From the NCBI GenBank assembly GCA_963776275.1, contig CAVZMI010000014.1:64001-128000 (forward strand): a stretch of 64,000 nucleotides of DNA, in the 5' to 3' direction. The notes under the pieces are model-generated. The model saw only the letters and a list, made by a program, of their open reading frames with translations, was not told the DNA's origin and did not search any database. Of the stretch, positions 9,282 through 18,569 are shown one piece after another. Each line of letters begins with the position of its first letter. Within the stretch, counting starts at the first letter, position 1. The DNA comes from Ignavibacteriota bacterium (GTDB lineage Bacteria > Bacteroidota > Ignavibacteria > UBA10030 > CAVZMI01). Made by a program: the position numbers and the translations under genes.

Positions 9282-12179
9282 GTGACGCAGATAAATCGTT
9301 ATAGAATATTAACTAGTATAGTCATCATGGCCGTTTTATTTGTAATGAGTGCTCTTGGCCAGAATGCGCGGGATCTGGTGAAGGGCAATTTAATTCAATT
9401 CAATGACAACGGCGCCTGGTGCTGGTATCAGGATGAGCGGGCAGTTGTCGATATCGCGGGCGGTAAGATAATTATTGGTTCGGATGCAAGCGGATCTGGT
9501 GTAGGTGGGTCGGACCGCAATGGGGAGATAGACGCGGTTATCTTCGATCTTCAGACTGGATTGATGCAGAAGTCTGTTCTTATGGCGGCTAAAGTACTGG
9601 GCTGCGATGATCATAATGCACCAGCTTTTCTAGTCCATCCCGACGGATCGGGAAAATATCTGGTAATGTATACCGGGCACAATAATAATAACCTCACATA
9701 CTACCGTACATACGATGGCGGTGTCTGGGGGGCGCAGCATACATTCGATTGGAATACTCAACCCGGCGGTACCGATTTTGCCACAACATATTCGAATATC
9801 CATTACCTTTCTGCGGAAGGTCGCATTTACAACAATGCCAGAGGAAACGGTCATGGTGGCCAGAATCTCATGATTTCAAGTAATCTGGGAGATACATGGT
9901 CGTATGGTGGATTCCTCACGAATAATGCGAACATCGGATATGTCAATGGATACTTTAAATATTGCGATAACGGCGTCGATCGTATTGATTTTACTTGTAC
10001 CGAATATCATCCACGCGACTATAACACAAGCATTTATCATGGCTACGTTAAAAATGGCCAGACATTCAAATCAGATGGAACACTCGTCGACAGTACAATT
10101 TTTGACAAAGTTCCCACAACACCTCAGAGTTATACACCGGTTTTTATTACCGGTACCGTGGTCAACGGTATGACTATGACACGTTGCTGGAATATAGATG
10201 TCCAGAGATATGCCGATAGCACGATTACAGCTCTCATCAAAGCACGCGTGAATGATAATCCAAGTAGTCCTTCGCAGGATCCGGACCATTGTTATCTTTA
10301 TTGCCGCTATGATGGCCAGAGCTGGACTTATACATATCTCGGCAAAGCCGGTAAAAAACTTTATTCCAGTGAGCAGGATTATACAGGTTTGGGAGCGTTG
10401 TGCCCTAATGACCCGAATACCATCTACATATCAACACCCTACGATCCCCGAAATGATTCTGACCTGATCGTTCATGAAATATATAAAGGAGTCACTTCTG
10501 ATCATGGAGCAACGTGGACGTGGACACCGATCACGCAGAAATCTGTCCGCGATAACCTTCGGCCGATCGTCCCTGCATGGGACACAAATAATACCGCCTT
10601 ACTCTGGTGGAGGGGAACGTATACCGCCGCTCAAAGTTATAATGCAGCAATTGTCGGCATTCTGGATCGGCCTTCGGAAACGTTGAGTAAAATGACCTAT
10701 GTAGATGCCACAACCGCAAACACAATTCTTTCCACGGGTGAACCATTGACAACCACCGGACCTGATACGAGTGCATGACCAGCGGACAACCAATGGCATC
10801 AACGAACGGATCGCGGCAACGGCGGTTCTGTTTTCACATCGTCAGAGGTTAACCGTGAAAATGCACCTATGCTCAAGACGCAGGTTACAATACCGGTCAC
10901 GGGGGTTTATGATATCTGGGTCAACTTCTGGGGAAATCCTACTAAGAGTACAGACTGGCGGATCAAGGCAGGACTCGATACCAGTCATATGCAAATATTC
11001 CGGCAAATGGCGTGTAAGGAAGTTGAAAATGGCGACCATGAAAGCACACTCGTTCTCTCCGGCAGCGACAATACATTCCTCTATCAGGCGTATGTCGGAC
11101 GCGTCCAGGTATTGGCAAACAACACCTTTGATGTTTTCGTCGACGATGACACGATCAGAACAGGCGCACTAATTCCTCCCACAGGAAGCGTCCGCACTTG
11201 GTATGACGGTGTTAGTTATGCCATCGTGAATGGTTCCAGTACTGCACCAGTGTTCGCTCTGTCGGCACCTGAAATCAATTTCGGAACGATACGAAATGAC
11301 TCTACAAAGAAGGACAGTGTGCTTGTTTCCAATCCTGGAAACGATACACTGCGGATCACGGCAATCTCATCAACCAATGCGCGCTTTATCTTTGCACCTG
11401 CGACAATGACACTTGCACCGTTGGGAAGTGCTTATCTGGTAGTAACGTTTGCACCTCAGGATACGTCGAGTCAGTTCGGACTCATCATTTTTACACATAA
11501 TGCATTGAGTTCACCGGATACACTCGCCATCAGCGGAAAGGGAAGCGCCGTGCCTGTACCGGTGTTCTCTCTTTCGGGAACTGCAATCAATTTCACGACG
11601 GTATCAATTGGTTCTACAAAGAAAGACAGCGTTCTTGTTTCCAACCCCGGCACCGATACACTAAAAATCACGGCAATCTCATCAACCAATGCACGCTTTA
11701 CCTTTATACCTGCGACGATGACACTCGCACCATCGGGAGGTACATATCTGGTAGTAACGTTTGCACCTCAGGATACGTCGAACCAATCCGGCCTCATCAT
11801 TTTTACGCATAATGCATTGGGTTCGCCGGATACGCTTTCCGTCAGCGGGAAGGGGAGCGCTGCGGTTGCGGTTGAACATGATAAAACACAAATCCCGACC
11901 GAGTACGTGCTCAATCAGAATTATCCCAATCCGTTTAATCCCTCGACTGAGATCAGATTCGCCGTTCCGGTTGCTTCTCACGCATCGCTGGTTGTGTACG
12001 ACATCCTCGGGAGAGAAGTCGCCGCTCTGGTAAATGGGAATATTGAAGCCGGATATTATACGGCAATATGGAATGCATCATCGATGTCAGGTGGTATCTA
12101 CTTTGCGAAGTTCACTGCGAATGGCGAGGCCGGGAAACTCAAATACAGCAAGGTGAATAAAATGTTGCTCATGAAATAA
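9282..12179 (+). CDS. Secreted BNR-repeat (BNR_4-like beta-propeller) protein with two Ig-like (ASH) repeats and T9SS CTD; interrupted by an in-frame TGA at 10776-10778
   Basis: GTG start after gggag; GAWCWYQDERA, DDHNAPA, S.NLGDTW and TSDHGATW Asp-boxes; the frame stays open past the TGA into ORF 10869-12179, which ends in an NYPNPFNP CTD. Confidence 0.75.
11244..11860 (+). repeat. Tandem duplicated 312-bp (104-aa) Ig-like domain
   Basis: tctacaaagaaggacagtgtgcttgtttcc at 11301 recurs as tctacaaagaaagacagcgttcttgtttcc at 11613; the protein repeats STKKDSVLVSNPG...HNAL.SPDTL. Confidence 0.9.
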
Positions 12180-12248
12180 ACCGGATCGCGTTTTCCAACA
12201 AAATGGGAACGTTTTAACGGATAAATATTAATTGACAGATAATAAAAT

Positions 12249-13626
12249 ATGATGTATCGTAAACTAACAATCGAAAAAGCGGAGGACCTGATTTTTGGGT
12301 ATGCTCCGCATCCTGTTACAACTCCACGGGGATTAGTCATCGGAGGCGGATTTGTATATCCCGAATTGAATTTTACTTTACCCCCGATGCAAATAAATAA
12401 TGAAACCTTATCAGAGGTGAAAGGCCACTATCGCCAGATAGTTACAGATGCGCTCGAGCATGCCGTGCATCTTCATTCGAGAGGAGTAATACTCGAGTTT
12501 GAGACCCTGACCGAAATGACACAAACGCCCGATATAGGTGTTGAACTGATAAAAATCATGAATGAAATCTGTGAAAATTATTATGTGCAGCATGGTTTGA
12601 AAAGCGAAATCAGATTGACTCCGAACGATCTGCGTGAGTTTGAAAGGCCGCCCAGGCAGAGGACATCCCATCTGCTGCAACCAATGCTGGAGTTATTCGA
12701 GAGAGGAGCCCGGGCCGGAGGAGATATGTTGTCGATCGAATCAACCGGAGGGAAAGAAATTTCCGATGACGCGCTTATGATGTGTGATATGAAACAATTT
12801 ATATTCAGCCAGTCGGTATTGGGGGTGCGCGACATGCAGATGCTCTGGGGAAAAATAGTAGAGATTGCTTCCCGTACGGGGAAAATCGCCGGAGGTGATA
12901 CGGCATGTGCATTCGGCAATACGGCTATGGTACTGGCCGAGAGAAAATATATCCCTAAGATTTTTGCTGCGATCGCAAGGGTAGCCACTGTCGTACGGAC
13001 GCTGGTGGCAGTCGAGAAAGGAGCGCGAGGTGCCGAATAAGGACTGCGCATACGAAGGACCGTACCTGAAGGCGATTACAGGCATTCCGATTTCAATGGA
13101 AGGAAAAACTTCCGCCTGTGCTCATTTCAGTCCCCTGGGAAATATCGCCGCAGCCTGTGCTGATCTGTGGAGCAACGAAACGGTTCAAAATATTAAATTG
13201 CTCTCAGGGATGGCGCCTACAGTATACCTTGAACAACTTGAATATGACACAAGGCTTATGAACCAGGCAGTTATATGTGGAAAGGGCGAGATACTTCAAC
13301 TCCAAAAACTCTTTGTCAATTCGGATGTTTATTTCGATCCGCAGGCATTTGTGCTTTCGCCCGATAATGTCATAGAAATCTCGAAAGAAATTGTGAAGGG
13401 TGAAAGCTATATCGACGCAACGAAGCGGGGCTGCCTGAAAGCGTTGGCTCTCGTTGCGGAGGCAATAAAAACGGGCCGGGTGATCCGCGATCCTAAGGAA
13501 GACGAATGGTTCATCATTCTCCGACAGGATATTGAAATGATACCTGTTAATGAATCGGATTTCGTGGAGCTGGTTCTACCCACTTTAGATCAAACGAAGC
13601 TACTCTTAAATGAGTATGGCTTATGA
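12249..13626 (+). CDS. mtaB: Methanol:corrinoid methyltransferase MtaB family; one-base frameshift near 13032
   Basis: IGGG.V.PELNF, LSIESTGGKE, GDTAC, (GP)NKDCAYEG, GIPISMEGK, DLWSNE motifs; removing one G at ggtgccg fuses ORFs 12249-13040 and 13030-13626. Confidence 0.87.
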
Positions 13627-13832
13627 ACTAAATTGCGAATATTCATGACTTTATTCGAATCGATTGGAGTTGAATGGTACAGAAAAGTTGATTTGGAAGA
13701 CATTTGAACGTCACGTACTTCAAACAGGGAAGAGGAATCTAATACTGATTATTAAGACTATGTGAGCATTTGAGTTAAGGCCATCCGGGTATTTTTCAAT
13801 AAAAACATCAACCTGCGCGACGGATTTTTGGC

Positions 13833-13862
13833 TTGACATTTAGAATGATTTCTTATTATATT
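13833..13862 (+). promoter_or_regulatory. Sigma70-type promoter for the GH10-kinase-GH3-GH116 cluster
   Basis: TTGACA at 13833-13838 followed 17-18 bp later by TTATAT/TATATT. Confidence 0.65.
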
Positions 13863-13877
13863 GAAACGATTCAATAT
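13858..13877. promoter_or_regulatory. LacI-family operator palindrome
   Basis: ATATTGAAACGATTCAATAT: a 20-bp near-perfect palindrome with central CG overlapping the -10; a weaker site TTGAACCGATATAA follows at 13881. Confidence 0.7.
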
Positions 13878-14171
13878 CATTTGAACCGATATAAATCTCA
13901 GAGGGCAATACCAAGCTATATGAACAAGAGCAACTGCGTGACGTTTCTCTTGAGGGTGGAATTTTTGTAAAATTGGAAGAAAAGGTGTGCTCGCATTGGG
14001 AGGACTAAAATACTTACTCCGCAGGCGCTAATTTCGACTGGCATCTCCAGATCGATGTTGGAACACTATATTTCTTGATCATCGTCTGAATTTCTGTCTA
14101 CAAACCTCAGAATGAATGGAGATTAATTACGAAGCCGATAGGCAGTGCAAGAAGAAGTGCCTGAACATAAA

Positions 14172-15385
14172 ATGAAAACCCGAATACAAACATCTTTTAC
14201 TTCTTTTTTTTCAAAACTCCTTGGGTCTGCTACTGCGGTCGGTGCTAAAAACGACAACCAGCCTGTTTTGAAAGATTTGTTTAAGAATGACTTTTATGTC
14301 GGTGTTGCTCTCAATTTAAATCAGATTTCGGGAAATGAACCATACTCCCTCGACCTTGTGAAAAAACATTTTAACAGCATCTCACCCGAGAATATTTTAA
14401 AATGGGAAGAGGTTCATCCAGAACCGGACAGATATAATTTCGATGCAGCGACCGTTATGTGGCTTTTGGTGAAGAGCACAAAATGCATATAATCGGCCAC
14501 ACTCTTGTCTGGTTTTATCAAACGCCGGACTGGGTGTTCCAGGACGAGTCGGGCAAACCCATAAGCCGCGAGATGCTGCTTGAACGGATGAAAGATCACA
14601 TATTCACGGTGATGGGCCGTTACAAAGGCCGAATCCATGGCTGGGATGTAGTCAACGAAGCGATCACACCTGATGGCCAATTCAGAAAATGCAAATGGCT
14701 CGAAATTATCGGCGAAGATTATGTGCTCAAGGCTTTTGAATATGCCCGTCAGGCCGATCCTGACGCCCAGCTCTATTACAATGATTATAATTTGTGGAAG
14801 GAACATCAATGCGACGGCGTCGTCCGGTTGATCCAGAATTTGCAGTCGAAAGGCGTTCGCATAGATGGCATCGGCATACAAGGACACTGGGGTCTGGACT
14901 ATCCGAGTTTCGAACAGATTGAGACCTTCATAAGGGCTCTTTCCAAATTGGGAGTCAAGTTAATGATTACGGAGATGGACTTAACCGTACTTCCTTTTGC
15001 TGAAGATCACATGAACAAGGGGCTTTCATCCCTGGATTCAAAATTACAGAAGAAGCTAAATCCGTACACCGATGTCCTACCTAACTCTGTTCAAAAAGAT
15101 CTGGCAAATCGATACGCCGAATTATTTTCGTTTTTTCGTAAGCACCGGGATAAATTTAGCCGGGTGACTATATGGGGAGTTCACGATGGACAATCATGGC
15201 GCAATGACATGCCTGTCATTGGACGCACCGATTATCCGCTGTTGTTCGACCGTCAATTTAAACAAAAACCCGCCTTTGATGCAGTCGTTAAAATAGTTCA
15301 AGACCGTAGTTTCAGAACACAGATGTTTAGATTAAATAACGTTTTGGGAGAATATCAATATAGAAATCCTGCACTGTCGATTTAG
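14172..15385 (+). CDS. GH10 endo-1,4-beta-xylanase; one-base frameshift near 14450
   Basis: FNSISPENILKW, GHTLVW, WDVVNEA (acid/base), YYNDYN, IDGIGIQGH, ITEMD (nucleophile); adding one base at gcagcg|accgtt joins the two ORFs. Confidence 0.9.
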
Positions 15386-15444
15386 TAACGCCAAAAAGAC
15401 ATGCAGAATTATTTCACGTAAAATTGTATTATAAGGAACTTAGT

Positions 15445-16662
15445 GTGGTGAATAAAAAAGATATCGAAATCGTAGCTGCCGGGCATACCTGCCTCGACTT
15501 AATACCTGCTTTTACAATTGACGGTAAGGTGGATAACCTTACAGACGTCCTTGTACCCGGCAAAATGATTAACATGGGTGAATGCGTCGTTGTGGGGGGA
15601 GGTCCTGTTACAAATGCCGGCGTATCGATCCGCCGGCTCGGCGTAAAAACTGAATTAATCGGCAAGATTGGGGATGATGATTTTGGTAAAGAGATCCTTA
15701 GCTGGTATGAAGAGCACGAAGGGCATTTTAAGGGGATCAAAATGGTTGACGGTGAATCCACATCATATACCATTGCTATATGCATACCCGGCATAGATCG
15801 TTTTTATCTTCATCATTGTGGAGCCAACGACACATTCGGCTATGACGATATGGATTTCGATCTTGTTCGGCGTTCAAAACTGATGCTATTTGGTTATCCG
15901 CCCTGGATGAGAAAGCTGTATGAAAATACAGGTCGTGAATTAACAAAAATTCTCAAAGAGACCAAAGAATTAGAAACAACAACTGCGCTCGATCTTTCGC
16001 TTCCTGATGTAAATAGTTATGCAGGTCAAATCGACTGGTTTGCAATTCTTAAAGATTGGGTGCCTCTGTCGGATTTTATGGTTCCCAGCGCGGAAGAGAT
16101 ATTTTATTTTCTTTATAAAGAAAAATTTCTTGAAAAAAAGGCGAAGCTCGGGCCCAAAGAGAGCGTACTTGACCATATGACCGTAAAAGAGATTTCCACG
16201 ATGGGGAGTGATTTAATAAGAATGGGGACGGCAGTAGCAATGATCAAATGCGGCCACAGAGGCTTATATGTCAGGACCGCCGACCAGGACCGGCTTAAGA
16301 AGATGGGTGCGGCAGGATGTTCCGATCTTGAAAACTGGGCTAATCGCGAGCTCTGGTTCCCTGTTTATCAGGAGGAAAAATTTGTAGGAGCACTGGGTTC
16401 CGGTGATTCGGCAATTGCGGGATTCCTTTCCGCGTTTGTGTGGAACCATACAATCGAATCATGCTTAAGGTATGCAAACGCTGCCGGAAGTATGAACGTT
16501 ACCGTTCCTGATGGTCTTACCTGGAATAAAGGGTTCGACGATTTGACAAGGCGTATTAAGGCGGGGTGGAAAACGAAAGATCTGAAAATTGACGAGACCG
16601 GCTGGAAGAACGAACGCGGATTCTGGGTGGGGCCCTCTAACCGGGGCAAATGGGAATCATAA
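15445..16662 (+). CDS. PfkB-family carbohydrate kinase
   Basis: GGGPVTNAG..RLG, GKIGDDDFG, anion-hole GSGDSAIAGFL, ANAAG. Confidence 0.88.
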   Translation: MVNKKDIEIVAAGHTCLDLIPAFTIDGKVDNLTDVLVPGKMINMGECVVVGGGPVTNAGVSIRRLGVKTELIGKIGDDDFGKEILSWYEEHEGHFKGIKMVDGESTSYTIAICIPGIDRFYLHHCGANDTFGYDDMDFDLVRRSKLMLFGYPPWMRKLYENTGRELTKILKETKELETTTALDLSLPDVNSYAGQIDWFAILKDWVPLSDFMVPSAEEIFYFLYKEKFLEKKAKLGPKESVLDHMTVKEISTMGSDLIRMGTAVAMIKCGHRGLYVRTADQDRLKKMGAAGCSDLENWANRELWFPVYQEEKFVGALGSGDSAIAGFLSAFVWNHTIESCLRYANAAGSMNVTVPDGLTWNKGFDDLTRRIKAGWKTKDLKIDETGWKNERGFWVGPSNRGKWES

Positions 16663-16685
16663 ACGAAAAAAACAGGAGATAGAAA

Positions 16686-18512
16686 ATGGTAAAGAAAAGC
16701 AATGCGAAAAGAGATGCATTTATCAGTAAAAAATTGTCAAAAATGAGTTTGGAAGAAAAGATCGGCCAACTTTTAACGTTTACCAGGCGCGGCGCAATGA
16801 TAACGCCGAGCGGAATCGAACAAATCACAAGGTTGCAGTGCGGAGGTCTTTGCCTCGAACCATACGCGGTCGAAACCTGCAAAAACCTTTACTGGGGTAA
16901 TTCCCAGATAGATCAGAATTTTAAAAAGCCGCCGGGTTATTTTACCATATCAAATACCTATTTTGCCGGCAAATCCTTTGGCATCAGCATAACACCGGAA
17001 GATTATACGAAGGACTTGAATAAATTACAGAAAATCGCAATGAGCAGGCGTTCCGGGATTCCTCTCCATATGACCATTGATTTCGAAGGCGATTTTAAAA
17101 ACGATTACATGGCAGGTGGCATAAGACAGTTTCCGCCTCCAATGGGTATGGCAGCCATCGGTGATGAAAAGCTGACTTATAAAATCGGTTTAACCATTGC
17201 CAAACAATTAAGTGCTATTGGCGTTACGCAAATGTATTCACCGGTCTGCGATGTAAATATCAATCCCAAGAACCCTGAAATTGGAATCAGGTCTTTTAGT
17301 GACGATCCTGAGACTTGTGCAAAACACGCCGTCGCTTTATTGAAAGGTTTTCAGGACGGCGGCATAGCGGCAACCGCAAAACATTTTCCCGGAAGAGGTG
17401 ATTCGGCAACCGACGCTCATGATGTACTGGATGTAATCAGAGCCGACAAACAAAGAATGCAGGAAGTCGAATTGTATCCGTTCAAAGCTGCAATAGCCGC
17501 GGGAGTTCAAGCCATTATGACGGGGCATTCCGTTTATCCCGCCTATGACGATAAATTCCCTACGACTCTGTCAGAAAAAATCCTTACCGGTCTTTTAAGA
17601 GAGGAACTTGGATTCGATGGCGTTATTGTGTCCGACGCTATCGGTATGGCTGCAATCCTCAAACAATGGCCCCTTCCGAGGGCTTGCGCGTTAGCGATTA
17701 AGGCGGGGTGCGATACGATACTCCTAAAAGCTGATGATGAATCGAGATCGCAGTGCTTCTTTGGAGTCAAGCAGGCCGTCGAATCGGGTGAACTCTCTGA
17801 AGAGAGGATCGATGAAGCCGTGACACATCTTTTAAGGATGAAGTACGACCAGGGCCTGTTTGAGACGGCCGGAAAGAGGGATCCGAAAAAAGCTCAGGCC
17901 TATGCAATGAGCAAACAGGTCGTAGATTTTTCCTGGGATGTTGCCAAGAAAGCCCTGATCGTGATGCGCGATGATCAAAAAATGCTGCCTTTGAGTCCTA
18001 AGGAGAAAATGCTGGTTATCGAGCAGCGTATTCCCTATGAATTCTGCGGAAAAGATCCTTATATGCACCAACATATGTTCGCCGAGGATATGGTGGAGTA
18101 TACGCAAAATATGATTCTGGTCGATACCGACTTTGCGGCAACCGAAGATGAGTTTGCAGAGTGCCTCGAACTTGCCAAACAGGTGGACCTTGTCGTTATG
18201 ACAAATTATTACGCCCGAATCGTAAAGACGGGCAATAACCGGCTGCTTGTCAAGAAGCTCAAAGAAGCGGGTAAAAAAGTAGTCGTTGTGACAAACTACC
18301 CGTATGTGGAAGGCACGACAAATGAGGCCGACGTCGCGGTCTGCAATTTCAGCGGAACGCCTGATTCTATAAAGGCCGCAGTCGGAGTGCTTTTTGGGAA
18401 AATCAAACCCTCGCCTAAAACGAAGTTGCCCGTAGCGCTTGGTGTTCAACAGGAAAGTGCTGTAAAAAAACCGGCGCCCCAGAAGAAAACTCTGGACTTA
18501 TCGTATTGTTAA
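16686..18512 (+). CDS. GH3 NagZ-like glycosidase (cytoplasmic), with C-terminal domain
   Basis: MSLEEKIGQL, DFEG, NPEIGIRSF, KHFPGRG....DAH, LREELGFDGVIVSD; no signal peptide. Confidence 0.88.
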   Translation: MVKKSNAKRDAFISKKLSKMSLEEKIGQLLTFTRRGAMITPSGIEQITRLQCGGLCLEPYAVETCKNLYWGNSQIDQNFKKPPGYFTISNTYFAGKSFGISITPEDYTKDLNKLQKIAMSRRSGIPLHMTIDFEGDFKNDYMAGGIRQFPPPMGMAAIGDEKLTYKIGLTIAKQLSAIGVTQMYSPVCDVNINPKNPEIGIRSFSDDPETCAKHAVALLKGFQDGGIAATAKHFPGRGDSATDAHDVLDVIRADKQRMQEVELYPFKAAIAAGVQAIMTGHSVYPAYDDKFPTTLSEKILTGLLREELGFDGVIVSDAIGMAAILKQWPLPRACALAIKAGCDTILLKADDESRSQCFFGVKQAVESGELSEERIDEAVTHLLRMKYDQGLFETAGKRDPKKAQAYAMSKQVVDFSWDVAKKALIVMRDDQKMLPLSPKEKMLVIEQRIPYEFCGKDPYMHQHMFAEDMVEYTQNMILVDTDFAATEDEFAECLELAKQVDLVVMTNYYARIVKTGNNRLLVKKLKEAGKKVVVVTNYPYVEGTTNEADVAVCNFSGTPDSIKAAVGVLFGKIKPSPKTKLPVALGVQQESAVKKPAPQKKTLDLSYC

Positions 18513-18569
18513 TGACCCTGGTAACTGCTTAACAGAAATTTAAATAACTTAGTAAAGAGAAAATATCAT

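Noticed and set aside
10776-10830. Selenocysteine or genetic-code reassignment at the in-frame TGA
   Set aside because: No evident SECIS-like hairpin, the context is not a redox motif, and TGA terminates many other genes here
36-13626. Methanogenesis or acetogenesis pathway
   Set aside because: No CoM, Mcr or Wood-Ljungdahl genes in the window; the acceptor domain present is homocysteine-type
13703-13724. TTTGAA-N10-TTCAAA palindrome
   Set aside because: Short, AT-rich and single-copy, so it could be chance
13896-13956. Leader stem ctcaagag/ctcttgag as a SAM or cobalamin riboswitch
   Set aside because: The conserved riboswitch core motifs are not visible; only a simple stem can be supported
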